Assembly (NCBI RefSeq): GCF_035594765.1
Contig: NC_085842.1
Location: 315,751,749 to 315,815,748, forward strand
DNA length: 64,000 bases
Direction of reading: 5' to 3'
Origin: Anolis carolinensis
Taxonomy: Eukaryota
The notes under the pieces are model-generated. The model saw nothing but the letters and a program-made list of their open reading frames with translations, made no database searches and was not told the DNA's origin. The stretch's first letter is position 1. Every line of letters begins with the position of its first letter. A program made the translations under genes and the position numbers. Below, in pieces: positions 37,013 to 50,240 of the stretch.

Positions 37013-38768
37013 AATAAACCTCAGAGTTTCACAAATGTGTAACTAAATGTCGATTCTGATTCCACAAAATTGCACTGAATTCAAACCTTCTATACTTCAT
37101 GAAAAATATCTTATAGTTTCCATAGAAGAATTCACAGATGTGTAAGACACTAACAGGACTCTTCCCATTCATTTTCATATGGGGAGATTTGTCTCACACT
37201 TTATTTTAATGTGGGAAAATTGACTCCTAAATGGGGAAATTGTGGTTCTCATTCAAAGGCTCATCAAACATATGAGTTTGTGGAGATGTCTTTTGCTGAG
37301 TCAGGTCATTGTCCCAGCAAAATTCCTCCATTTCAGCACCCCCCTACAAATGTCATTTTTCCTGGTGCTGATTCAGATTCTAGATATTTCAACACAACCC
37401 CCATATTCACAAAATTAACATAAAAAACCTGCCGCTCTCTCTAGGCATTTTCTAGGCAGTACATTTCTATGGTATAGTTCCATTCAAAATTGTTAATTTA
37501 AAGAATGTTTGCTGTTATCCACGGTTTCACATTCTACATTATGTCTAGAAACTTATCCCTATGTATCGTACTTTCAAAAGAATGTGTAGGGAAAATGTGT
37601 ACCCTGTTTTAAAGCAGAATCACTATCATAGAAACCTCTTAGAAGTATATTTCTGCTTTGCAACAGGGCTGTGCATTTCATGCACCTTCCTTTCAAAGGA
37701 AATTCCAAGGAAGTTGCCCCTATACCACCAAACCATGGAAGCAAGGTGTATCCCTCAAGTAATGTCACCATACATCAGTCCTGGAAGTTGCCAGTGTATT
37801 TTGTTTTATTAGACTTTGGAAGGTGGAAAGCAGATGCAATTTTTTTGGGTGGGTGGGATGACCGTTAATTGTTAAAAGACTCTAATTAAAGCATTTGTGT
37901 ACAGAATGTGATGTTTTCTTTGAAGTAAGGTTGTTTTCTGAGCATGTGCATTTTTCTTTGTACAAATTGTGTTCCCAGACCACCATGAGTCTTAGAGAAC
38001 TGCACAGATTTCAATGTTTTTCTTACAGAAAAGAGGACATTTGCAAACATCTTCATCATCCCTTCCTTGTCCCCCATCCCTATGGATTTCAATACCAGAA
38101 GAGAATACATCACAGTGGATTCATAATGCAAAATAACTTCACGAAGCAAGAAGCAGATCTGCTCAATTTGCATAATGTATGCAGATCACTCCTTCCAGTT
38201 TTTCTTGGCACAGAATTTAGATCACCTGGGGGCAGGAGTTTTTGTCTACTGTGTAGGGCAGACTATGTATGGCCCTGCCTATAGGAGTCATGAGACCCAT
38301 CCATCCTGGCTAGTTCTTCTGTTGAACAGCCCATTGTACTTTACCAAAAAAAAGTCAGAACAAAAAAGATGCTCTTACCAACAGATGTTAGAAATGAAAA
38401 ATGGCTAAGGTGATTGTAATTTATTATTTATTTATGAGACCACCATCTGTTGTTGGTGTAGGCTTTATGCATGCAGAGGGAACCCTTCATCTGGCAGCTC
38501 TTTCAAATGTTCTCCTCTCTTACTATTTTACATCTTTCTGATACCTATGCAGCCAATTTAGCAGCAACTATATAACTCACGCAAGAGCCAGAATGCCCTT
38601 ATTGGCACATGTACATCCAAATCCACATCATGCCTGCATGTGTTTTTATTTTTCATTGTTTTGGAGACTGGAATAAAAACCAAAACTCCTTTCTCCAGGA
38701 ATCATGGTATTTCTGCCTTAGCCTTCTTGAATGTGGCTGGTGGAGCACAGGAGGCCATCAAGTGTCTG

Positions 38769-39200
38769 TAAGGGGTGTGAAATTCGTCTAAACCCCATGC
38801 CACTTTTGGTCTTTGGATTTCTGTGGCCACCCTGATCCATTTTTCAGGAGCCTCCTGAATTTGGGCAGGCAACATTCCAAAAGATCTCTTTTTCTTCTGG
38901 GAAGATCCAGCCTATTGGTGGCAATGGGGGAACTTCTGAGGCTCCCCTTTCCATCATTTTAGCGCATCCGTCTTGAGAAACCACTTTTTCTGGGATTGTT
39001 TCTCCTCGTATCCTTCAATAAAACCTGGGTTAAGGCATCAGACTTAAAAAAAACCACCCTTTCTGGGATTGTTTGCCCATAGTACCCTTTCAATGAAGCT
39101 GAGTCAAAACAACCCTTTACACTTATTTCAGTGGGAGCCACACCATCTGAAGGAGCATTAAGCACTCTTTAAAAAAATATAAATTACCCCTTCATTTTAT
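38769..39200. mobile_element. Fragment of the same hAT family as 22557-24585
   Basis: Shares CTGATCCATTTTTCAGGAG and CTGGGAAGATCCAGCCTATTGGTGGCAATGGGG..GAGGCTCCCCTTTCCATCATTTT. Confidence 0.7.
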
Positions 39201-39715
39201 GGCAGCTTTAGAAATGGCAAGATACCTCTACCTCACATTTGAAGCTTGCTTTGTGTGATGGCTCAGTGTTATGAAATCATGGAAATTGTAATTTGGTGAA
39301 AAACCAAAACTCTTTGCCAAAAAAGCTTAAGATTTTGTAATACTACAGTTCCCAAGATTCTATAGCATCAAGCCATGGTAATTAAAGTGGTGTCAAACTG
39401 TATGAATTCTATAGAGATACCCTAAGACTATAGAGACTAGGGTTTGACAGCCATAGAAACCTGCTGGATGGCCTTGGGTGAGTCACAAACAGCCCTAGAA
39501 AACCACATGACAGGTTTGCTTTGAAGTCACCACAAGCCTGAAGTGACCTGAACACAACAGCAGTGTGATTTTGCTAAACACAGCAAATATTGTGTGCCTG
39601 TCCCATTTCTCTACCAATAACAGGACATTGGGGATTTGCAAACATGACAATTCCAAGTGATGTTTAAAAGTGCACTATGTTTGAAGACAAAAGGGCAAGA
39701 GCTGACACAAAATAA

Positions 39716-39718
<3 letters not shown>

Positions 39719-39767
<49 letters not shown>

Positions 39768-39960
39768 TTTATTTTTATACCCCGCCCCATCTCCCCGAAG
39801 GGACTCGGGGCGGCTTACATGGGGCCTTGCCCGATAAAACAATCAAATATCAAAACACAGCAATAAAACAGTTATCCAATAAAAACATCAATTACAGTAA
39901 AAACAATCATTAAAATAAACATAAAACATACAATATTAACCCTGGAGACTAATTCATAGA
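39719..39960 (-). mobile_element. L2 3' end with expanded (AAT)n tail
   Basis: Reverse complement GTAAGCCGCCCCGAGTCCCTTCGGGGAGATGGGGCGGGG; (AAT)n at 39719-39766. Confidence 0.9.
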
Positions 39961-42900
39961 GGCCAGACACTTAGGGACTTTGGAGAAAATTCTTCATGTT
40001 GACTGTAATTGATCTCTGAAATGGACAAAGGGAGGGTCAGTAGACTAGAAGCAAATATAATGAGAATTTAAAAGCAAGGGGAAAGTATTAGAGTGACAAC
40101 CTAGACATTGCAGAAACAGCAAATAGGTGTGATTTGACAAAAGGGGAGGTAACAAAAAGGGTTTATAACTATGGAACTGTAACTCTTATAATGGAGCCCG
40201 TGTGAGCTTGGAAAAATAATATTAAATGAATTGCTTCAAGAATCTACCAGCCAACATGTTCAGTGACCATTCTTTTTGAGGATGTGAAGAACTGAAATTC
40301 AAAAAAAGTTACTTTTCCAGGCTCTACATTTTGGGATTCTGAAAAATCAGTTGGGGAAAAAGGTGTTTTAAGTGGACTTGGGAGGCAAACCTGAAACTGG
40401 AGATCAAGGGGAGAGGCAGATATCCAACATGGGTATATGGTAAAAAGAAATAAAGATCAATATTTATTTCCAAGGGGGAAAGGGGAAGGAGGAGAGGGAG
40501 CAGTGATATGTTCATGAGTAAAAAAGGAGAAAGATTGGGGATTTCTTGGGAGCTATGAATACATACACTGGATGAGGTGGCTAAAATGAATCTTCCACTT
40601 CCCTCTTCCCTCAACAAAAGAAAACAGTGGAAGAGGAGAAAGTCATTTGATGTCACAGGCAGTAGTGATGGGAACACAAGGATGAGGAGGTTTCTGTAGT
40701 TGTGTTGTTCTTCTCATCCCATGATGGTTCAGACACCATCTATATTGCCATATAAAATCCAGATTATCTGCTTTGAACTGGAGTATATGGCAATCTAAGG
40801 CTGGATTTACACTGCTCTATATCCAAGGATCTGATCCCAGATTATATACTTCCCCAAGCCAGATAATCAGCAGATCCATATGCAAAGATAGGTGATCTCC
40901 TTTTCTGGCCAAATAAGCTCAGGATGTTTGTGTAATTCACCTGAGGCTGAGAGTCCACTGCTCCTTCATGGGAACACAGTCTTAGAGTATGTGCATTTAT
41001 TAAGTCTTTTATTGACAGCCAGGTCCTTGATTACCTAAGATCAGCAGCTTTGTTCCTTGAGTTTCCTGAACTCCATATCTTTCTTTGGCATAGAACTGCA
41101 CATTTGAACAAATCAAAATCTCATCAACATATCTTGGCCATTGTTTCCTTCCAGACTGGCTAGAACAATCACAGGAGTCCACTGAGGTCTATCAGCTTGA
41201 TGAACTGGATCCCTAGTGCAAGGAGCAACACAAATGAAAGGCAAGTGGACAGACGTTCTGAGGGAAAGAGGAGGCTTGGGACTGGAAGAAGGCTTCTAGG
41301 TGAAGTGCGAAGACTTCAGGTCAACCTTTGCAATTGCAGCATTGTGAGAGAAGGCACGGGGACAGTTGGCAAAGCTTCTTCTACCATTACCTTGGTAATC
41401 CCCCTTTGGTAAAAGTCCAGGAAGCTAGGCTAGGTTTTGAGAGGATCTGGAACAGACCCCAATTAGAAACCAGTCACATGATCTGTTGAGTACCCTGATT
41501 TTCGTAGCTCTCATAGTGGTTGACAACCCAGTTGCCAGTTTGCAGCCTAGAGGCCTCCAGGGCCTGAAGCTCAAGCTCAGCTGGAGCCTCAAAATCAAAT
41601 GGAAAAAAAAGTGAAAAGAAGTACTCATCAGTTGCACCAGCCACCAAAGGCAAATAAAAAAGAATCCACCCCAGACTCAAACAGGCAAAAATGGGGAGGG
41701 GGTGGAATGGTACTATTACTAAGATACTAAAGGAAAATACAAATAAGTAAGTAAACAGAAATTATTAGCAAGGAGTTAGAGAAATCTTTAATTAAACTTG
41801 AGCCAACAGCTGATGCCTATACCTTTTCCAAAGAATTTCAAAAAGAAAGATGAGGATGCATGACTGATTTAAATAGCCTGAACAAGCCGTGCCCCCTCAC
41901 CCCATAGTTACCAAGAGAAATGGTTTCTGCCGTCCCTGGATACCAGCAAATTGATTTACCTCCACTGATTTAGATGGACAAGAAGGCTGACCTTGGATTC
42001 TTTGTTATGTTTTCAATGCATTCTACATTCATTGTTCCTCTGTATCTATGTTTGTATGTAAATAGTCATTTTACAGAATGTATAGAGATATGCAGAACTT
42101 TCTCTACATGAATGAAGAATATGTAAGAATACTGAGAACTTTTCCATGCATATGAAATTTGTGCTGCATGCATTTTGGGAAACCAATGGGAATAGTGATA
42201 TTTTTGGAGTCTTATTCAACTTAGTGGATCCTTTTATACTGAACCAACCTGTGAGGCATAATAGATCCAGAATTGCTGACCTTTTTAAAAAATAGTAAAG
42301 AAGAACCATAAGAGTGGGAGAAAAATCCTGCTAAAATTAAGGTTCAACATCTTCTTCTCTCTTCACTGCCTAGATGTTTCTAAGAAACTCACAATAAGGA
42401 GATTAAGGCAGTATTTTTCCCTTACTCCTGTTGTTAATTGCCATCAAATCAAGTTTGGCTTATTACAAAGTTATCCAAGAAGGTATGTCTATGTGTGTAA
42501 CAAAACACAGACTCAACTTGAGCCAACTTCCAGCTGTCCCCATAATGTTCATTAACTTTCAGTAAGTATTATTGATTCCCCCCCCCCCCAAGATTAAACC
42601 AACTTTGACCCACTTTGGCAAAGTGGGGGATATTCCAGAAAAAAAATTTGGGAGCTTCATAGTATGCCATGGCTTTGGGGCAGCCTGGACAGCAGGATCA
42701 GTTCTGATTCAGATCAATCTGCTGTTCAAATAATCCCAGTGCCATCATGCTTTCTATGTGCTCATCGAATACACTCATCAAATGTTGTCCTAGAAAATCA
42801 GTTGGACATTATTGTCAAATGCAGGGCAGTTTCTTTCAGTTTCAGACTGCAGAAGCATAGTTAATTAGTTTTGCATGTGATACCATTGCAGATAGAGAGA

Positions 42901-43018
42901 AATTGCTCAATGCATATTCCCCATCAATGAACACTGATGTCCAATTTGCATTTGCTTGTGCAATGCTCCAATCTTTAATGAGATGGTATTGTGCAAATAG
43001 CCCCCCCCCCTTTATATA

Positions 43019-43568
43019 TGAAGATTCTTCAAAAGGTTTCTCCACTTTTTAAAAATTCTGTTTATTACATCACTTTTCTACATAATCACCTTCCTTTGTG
43101 ATGCATCTGCCCAGCATTGTAATAACATTTTAATGCCATCAGAAAAAAAAAATTGTTGAGCATCTAGCCACTGATGCGCCACTGCTTTCACTTCGTCATC
43201 ACATGAAAATCTTATTCTCCTTAAAGTTTTTTTGAGCAGTCCAATATGGTGGAAATCAAATCCAGGACTATATTATAGACGACCCTACAAGAAAAAACTT
43301 TATCACCATATGGAGCATACATGCAGAGATGAATTTGTGCTCCTGGCACACCTTTTACCCACAAGAAGCTTATGACACAACACTGTTGTTCTTTAGTGCA
43401 GTGTATAAGTTTCTCAGCCATCTTCGCCACAGTGTGACAACTCTTATACTAAACTGCAGGGTCAGTTGGCTTGTGAGACAGACAAGTCAGACACGTCCGA
43501 TTACTCCTCCTCCCGCCCTCACCATCTCCAAAAGAGATGTACAAAGTGCTGAAACCTTTTGAAGACCT
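43019..43568 (-). mobile_element. Internally deleted mariner element (transposase remnant)
   Basis: TIR core TCTTCAAAAGGTTTC at both ends. N-terminal MAEKL..EQQCCVISFLWVKGVPGAQIH..YGDKV fused to C-terminal YSP..DFH..DDEVKA..HQWL..FFSDGIK..EGDYVEK*. Confidence 0.88.
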
Positions 43569-44082
43569 TTATTTACAGTATTTATATTTATTTACAGTAT
43601 ATATATTCCGCCCTTCTCACCCTGAAGGGGACTCAGGGCAGATCACAATGTACACATACATGGCAAACATTCAATGCCATATGAACATAGAGACATAGAC
43701 AGAGACAGAGGCGCAGAGGCAATTTAACATTCTCCAGCTTCCAGCTTCCTGAGGGGATACTCGATTCCGGCCACAAGGGGAACAGCTGCTTCATCATCCA
43801 CTGTGACATCTTGATGGACACTTCCTCATTCCAAACAGTGGCTGGATGATTTTTATGGTGTCGTAAACTAGTTAAATTTGCCTCCCGCAAATAGATTTGC
43901 CTCCTACTTGATAGATGCAACTATCTTTTGGTGGCTTAGGTCAACAACGAGCAGGGGCTATTTTTTATTTTTTTAATTGTCAGGTGCTCACTTTGACACG
44001 GGCTGGCCTCGAACTCATGACCTCGTGGTCAGAGTGATTTATTACAGCTGGCTACTCAACCAGCTGCGCCACAGCCTGGCCC
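43568..44082 (-). mobile_element. tRNA-derived SINE with L2 tail, long form (~515 bp)
   Basis: Same head and tail as 14736-14975 plus an extra internal segment. CCTTTTAT at both junctions. Inserted in the mariner TIR. Confidence 0.85.
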
Positions 44083-45116
44083 CTTTTATATGTCTTAACA
44101 GTAAAGAATGTGCAACCACATATATAAGGAAATGTATGACACCAATAGAATTCTACCCATTATTATTTAAATCCCCATTTTTGGGAATGGAAAACTGGAG
44201 ATATCAGTCCTTATTGGAGTTTTCAGTGCATAGTCCTTGCAATCTGAAGACTTCAAAGTTATGTGAATTCTCATGAGTGGGAATAAAGATCGTGTTTGTT
44301 ATCTGAAAAGATGACTGCTTAGTCAGATTAAAAAGCTGTCATAACCATTTTCTCAATCAAGTTATGCGACAATCTTGTCAATCATTCCTTTGCAGATAAA
44401 AAAAGGTTATCAGGAAGCATACAAAACAAGTATATGAACTCTGTTTATAGAGAAGAGTAATGTGGGGAAATGTTCTGGTATGATATTGCTGTTTCAAACA
44501 TCTTTATGTAATAAGTTTGCTCTGGTGTAAATTCCATGGAGGATAATTGTTGTCAACTGAATCAAATTGGTTAGTCTGATGTAGGCCCACTGAATCAACT
44601 TTCGAATAGTGAATCAAACATAAGAAAATCCCACCAGCTCAAAAGGCTCTAGTGGAGGAAAAACAAAAGCAAGCCAGTCCTGTTTTATTTTGCAATAATT
44701 GTATGTGCAGATCTTTCCTTCAAGATTTATCAGGCCAAATAGTCATTTATCCATGTACAAGTCTGCTTCAGAAAATCCAATTCAATCTCTTTCCACAAAT
44801 AAAGAAACAATTCACAAGTAGACTGTCAAATTGGCAATGGTATTCTGTTGACCAATTAGCTACAAATATGAATCCTTTCCAGGCAAAAGGCTATGGAGCT
44901 GCTTTGATCCAGCCCTGGGACCTGTGATCGTCCACATGGCCAGCTGGTCCAAGGGGGAATTAGGGCCACTGTTGCCATTGTGCTGCCACTTGGTGCAATG
45001 CTTCTGTTGTAAGTTCAATTGAGTGGCGATTCCATATTATTTTGGCCACACAGACATGGACAAAGAGAATTTAGAAGGGGAGTTGGATTTCATTTGGCCT
45101 AACATGACTTGTGCTA

Positions 45117-45401
45117 GGAACCCCCGGTGGCTGCTGAACTTGCTGACCAAAAGGTCAGTGGTTTGAATTTGGGGAGAGGGATGAGATCCTGCTGTTAGCC
45201 TCAACTTCTTCCAACCTAGCAGTTTGAAAACGTGCAAATAGTGGGAAGGTAATGGCGCTTCTTGCAGTCATGCCATCCACATAACCTAGAGGTATCTATG
45301 GACAACACAGGTTCTTCGGTTCAGAAATGGAAATGTGCACCAATCCCCAGAGTTGGACTTGACTAGACTTAATGTAAGGGGAAAACCTTTGCCTTTACCT
45401 T
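45117..45401 (+). mobile_element. Sauria SINE, older and diverged
   Basis: Core CCAACCTAGCAGTTTGAAAAC..AGAAATGGAAATGTGCACC..CCTTTACC. Confidence 0.9.
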
Positions 45402-45574
45402 AGACATCTCTTCAGAGCTTTTTGTGAGCAGTTAGCAGTTAACAACGTTAACTAAGGATAAGATGAAGTCTTTTCACCTTTATAACTTTCTGAATTACCC
45501 TTCTTTATCCTTCATAGATGCTAAGCTGACCTCTGCCAGGCATTAAATTGACCTTTTTAAATTAATTAATTAAA

Positions 45575-45730
45575 ACTTTATTTATACTCCGCCCCATCTC
45601 TCTGAGGGAACTTACAACAGTGTAAATAAAAATAAAAAATAAAAAATGATAATAAAACAATAAACCAATAACCAACCAATTTAAATAGAATCAACACCAG
45701 TAACTTAACAATCCATAGAAGTGAAAACAA
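45575..45730 (-). mobile_element. L2 3' UTR fragment
   Basis: ACTTTATTTATACTCCGCCCCATCTCTCTGAGGG..; homologous to the split copy at 11595/12936. Confidence 0.75.
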
Positions 45731-45992
45731 AGACTTCTCAGTAGACTTCAGGCAAACTAGAACTACAAAGATTACATATCCTCCATGTTTTCAAGTTTGG
45801 CAGTGATTGTTGTCATTAATCCCCTGCTATCTTTTTTTTCTGCTGTTTTTGAAATGCCCCAGTTTCTCTCATCTCTTCTTATTTTCCCCATTTGCCACAA
45901 ATTGAGTCCAAGGTGCTAAACACTGAAATAGAGAGAGGAGGAGGTGGTATTTTGTCCTTTCCAATCGATATAGGCAAAGGACAATGGTTGCA

Positions 45993-46140
45993 GGCCCCTT
46001 CTACACTGCCATATAAAATCCAGATTATCTGCTTTGAACTGGATTAAGTGGCAATATAGACTCAGAGAATCAAGTTCAAAGCAGATAATGTGGATTATCC
46101 ACTTTGATAATCTGGATTATATAGCAGTGTTGAAGGGGCC
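45993..46140. mobile_element. PIF/Harbinger-type MITE
   Basis: GGCCCCTTCTACACTGCCATATAA / TTATATAGCAGTGTTGAAGGGGCC. Fragments of the same group at 40730-40870 and 57668-58122. Confidence 0.82.
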
Positions 46141-47240
46141 GTAGTGTGTCTTGTTTGTTTTTTCTTTTTAATAATTCTGTCATCTTGACCACAGATTTTT
46201 CTTGGTCACAAATGTTCTGGTTTTTATCTATCAAATACTGAAACCTAGGCTTTGAATAGGCCTATTAACTCTTGATTTATAGGATTACTTGCATAGCATG
46301 ATGTAGTTTTAATAGGATGCTGAAGTAGACAAGGTTTTGGCCTTATCTAGTACAATTCTCTAGGTACACACTTTTATTGCCAATAGTGCTGTGCTTAACA
46401 ATTCTTATGCATATTTACTGATCATTCTCATCAATTTCAGTAGAAAACCTGCTTTGGGAATCAATGGAGAAGCTAATTCCAGCAAATAATGGATGAGTCT
46501 TTGGCTTCTTGGCTTAACTTAGTTAAAACAGAACCTTTTTATTGTAAAAACTAACAGACTGGCTATTACTTATTCTTAACAATAAATAAAGATGGGGAGG
46601 TTGAAGTATGATGGAGCAAATGTATACAGAACAAATAAAACCAAAGCACTGGCTTCCTCACTATAAAGGAAAGACAAAAATAACATCAAATGAAATTTTA
46701 GTGTGTCCTGTGATGAGGCAGAAAAAAACAGAAGGGAAGAAACTTTCCTATGATAGCATCTTACAAAAAGAAAATCTATTCCCCACTGTTAACACTTTTT
46801 TTGTTTTTTGGAGACGGGTTTTTGATAAACTTCTAAGGATTTCTAAAGAACATAGTTTTCAAAGCCACAAATTCATCTTAGGTCTAAGGCTATCATATAA
46901 CAAAAGTAAAAAAAAAATGATTTTTTTCCAGTTTTTGTACCTTACTTTAGTAAACATTCATAAAGCCATAGAATAAAAGAGCTGTAAAGTAACCTTCATG
47001 TAGTTCAACTGTGCGTGAAGAAATGTGTAGGAATCCATAATGAAGGAATCCCTGACAGAGATCCATCCAACCTGTGCTTACAAACCTCCAATAAACAATG
47101 GTCTACCACTATGTGCACTGTGTTCTTTAATGGTGTTGTTAGCTTCAACTTATGGTGCCACTGTGAAAAAAGACCTAAAAGAGACATTAATATTAAAAAT
47201 CCCAAGAAATTATTTTAGACTCTCTGCTATGGCTTCCTTA

Positions 47241-47382
47241 GGCCCCTTCCACACAGCTGTATAAATCCACATTGAACTGGATTATGTGGCAGTGTGGACT
47301 CAGATAACCCACTTCAAAGCAGATTTTGTATATCATCTGTCTTGATATTCTGGGTTACATGGCTGTGTGTGTGGAAGGGCCC
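47241..47382. mobile_element. PIF/Harbinger-type MITE
   Basis: TIR GGCCCCTTCCACACAGC / GTGTGTGGAAGGGCCC with a TTA target duplication on both sides. Confidence 0.85.
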
Positions 47383-48569
47383 TTAATTGAGTTTATCAGA
47401 CTGTGACTCCACTTTCCTTCAACTTTATTGAATATTATCATTTTCTTAAATGAGTACCATTGTCTCATCATACATCCAAAGCACGATAGTCTAAGTTCAG
47501 AAATTTTGACTTATAGAGGTAATTGTGGTTTCATTTGCTGTCAGAACAATGAAAGGCATAGAACTCTTCTCCAGCATCTGTTGGAGGCCTTCATACTCAA
47601 TGTATTTAAAATATTTTTTAAAATATTTAGAAGCTGGGTTGTACCCATTAATAGCTAAGGACAGGAGGATCATGGGAGGGCTCATACCAGTAGTGGAATG
47701 CACATGATGTCATGTAATAGGGTCTGCCACCAGCGGCAATGTGGTTTGCCTACCTTGACTGACATTATGGCTGTGAATTATAATCAAAATTAAGATTAAC
47801 TGAGGATGGTTCAACTTCTACACAGCTATTTAAAGTCAGAATGTGGATTAAATGGGCAGAGTGCCTACACAAGAACCTCAGGAACCAATTGGAGACTGGG
47901 ACGGTGGCCACAAAGATCTGCTGATTCTGTATTGATCCAAACCCAAGAATATATACTTTTTCTTGACTCCTCTGGCAGGATGTGCTGCTGGGCATTAGCA
48001 TGACGAGAGCTAGTGAGCAGTGGAATGATCAACACTGATAAGCAACAGCATGTCCAACTGGGATCAATGTTAGAGAAAGGCAAGGCACAGTAAAAAAAAA
48101 AAAAAAGGAAAGGAAAGTGTGCTTCAGCGCTAGCCCTATTCTGACCAGTGCTTTGCATTTCTTTGTCTCAAGTCCAGCTCTGCATGAGATATACACTGAT
48201 CAGATACAGCATATTTTTTGGCTTATCCTGGAATTTTTGGTGAGTCTTTTAATATGCTTTTTTTGAGATGGATGTTTGCTGCAGTGCACATCGGGGGTAT
48301 CCCTTATATGGACACCTTGATCGGCTTTGAACTGCTTTTTAATGCCTGTGTGGAACTGCCCAAACTTTGATGAATGACTTCTCAGTATACAAAGAGAGAC
48401 ACTTTTTCTTTTGTTTCTACAGAAATGCTGGAAAAGTTACGTATCCACATGCTCCTTGACAGCACAATGCTATTTATGTCTACTTAGAAGGAAGTCCTAT
48501 TGAGACAAATGGGAATTATTCCCAGGACAGCAAATTCTAAAATTGCAGCTTATAATGATAGTTTGTGTG

Positions 48570-48800
48570 TGTGTGTCAGGAGTGACTCGAGAAACTGCAA
48601 GTTGCTTCTGGTATGAGAGAACTGACAGTCCACAAGGACGTTGCCCAGAGGAAGCCTGGATATTTGGTGTTTTACCATCCTTGTGGGAGGCTTCTCTCAT
48701 GTCCCCTCATGGGGAGCTGGAGCTGACAGAGGGATCTCACCCACTCTCCCTGGTTTCGGACCATCGAACTGTTGGTCAGCAGTCCTGCGCCACCGAGGCC
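48570..48800 (-). mobile_element. tRNA-derived SINE, family of 1160-1428
   Basis: Reverse-complement match TTTACCATCCTTGTGGGAGGCTTCTCTCATGTCCC..GGAGCTGGAGCTGACAGAGGG. Confidence 0.85.
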
Positions 48801-49799
48801 TCCCAATAATGATAGTTAAAACAAGGAAAATAAAATATAAAACTACATATTTCAACCTTGAAATGACTCTGTATCTCAGGCTAACATGTTTGCTAGCAGA
48901 ACCTTTAAGATGCTGCTTGAATGAATTATTTTTTTAAGGAAAAGCAAGATTACCAATAAAATGTCAGCCTAACATTTTTCTTTGTTTTATTTTATTAAGC
49001 GGCATTTTTGATACAATCGCAGCTTCTTCCCTCAATTGCCATGCAGAATAAGACAATAGGCTCACCCAACCCACTTTTTAAAAAAATAAAGAAAGAAAAA
49101 GAAATCCTACTGTATAAAAATTTAATGAAGCCAAAGACCTTGAAAGTGTCATCGGGAATGCAAGCCAAATGCCTCTTTCTTTGATAGAGTATGCCGAACA
49201 AACTGGCGAGCAGTTAAAATCCAGTGGAACGGTAATAATGTGAGCTTGTAATTCTATTTCTCATTCTCCTGATTACTGTCTGATGTTTTTGTTTATCATT
49301 GAATCACATTCCGGTCCCTTCATTTGCAGCTCGTTGTGGGGAAACAACTCACGTTCTGTCATGAAAAGGCCAGGAAAATAAATTGAACAAAGTCTGCTCT
49401 TCTGCTACTTAAAACAGCAATGAGTCCAACTTTTTCATTCTTTCTTTCTCAACTCCCCGCCCCCTCCAGTTAATGCCATTATTTAAAGAACCGGAGGTCT
49501 AATCTTCCCTAGTCCTACATTACATTAAAGCACCTGCTTTCTCCAATTATTCTTCAGGGCGTTTTTTTTTTAAAGGTGTTCAAATGAACATCCATTGTTT
49601 AAATTAATAAGCTTGTTCAGAATCTATCTCATGGGAAAAGAACATGTAATTAAGGTATGGAATGCATGTGCTTGTATTAGCCACTCTTTCAAGAGTGGTG
49701 TTTTAGCACACTGAACCATAATTCATCTCTTTTGTCTGTATAATAAGAGTTATGTATGGTACTTAACTATTTCATGGTTAAGTATTTGGCAGCTGAATA

Positions 49800-49962
49800 T
49801 GTGAGCCTTAAATACCCTAAATGCACCATAATCCCACCTGATCTTGGAAACAAGAAGAGTCAAACCTGGTTAGTACTTGGATGGAAGACTGCCAATGAAT
49901 ACCAGGCACTGTAGACTATATTCCTTGTCTAAGGAAATAAAAATCATGAAAATCCTGAGGTC
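49800..49962 (+). mobile_element. 5S rRNA-derived SINE (SINE3 / 5S-Sauria-like), degraded
   Basis: CTGATCTTGGAA..CCTGGTTAGTACTTGGATGGAAGACTGCC..GAATACCAGG..CTGTAG matches the 3' two-thirds of vertebrate 5S rRNA, followed by a non-5S body. Too diverged to be a functional 5S gene. Confidence 0.82.
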
Positions 49963-50240
49963 AATAATAATAATAATAATAAAACTTTATTTATACCCCG
50001 CCACCATCTCCCCAACGGGGACTCGGGGCGGCTTACATGGGGCCATGCCCAGGACAATACAATATAGCAAAATATAAAAACAACATATCATAATACAATT
50101 AAACAATACAATAAATAATAATGTACAGTACAACACAAAGTCAAAAAAGCAATATAACAGGGTGGGCCGCGTGAACACTCAGTTAAAACTTGGGGTGAGA
50201 AAGAGATAAGAATAAAAACCACGGGGAACAGGGACATAAG
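49963..50240 (-). mobile_element. L2 3' end inserted at the end of the 5S SINE
   Basis: (AAT)n then AAACTTTATTTATACCCCGCCACCATCTCCCCAACGGGGACTCGGGGCGGCTTAC. Confidence 0.88.

Noticed and set aside
38005-38190. Possible exon after TTTTTCTTACAG
   Set aside because: No recognisable protein in any frame, weak donor site, no partner exons.
49800-49920. Functional 5S rRNA gene
   Set aside because: 5' part and box A are degraded, and there is no oligo-T terminator. Called a 5S-derived SINE instead.
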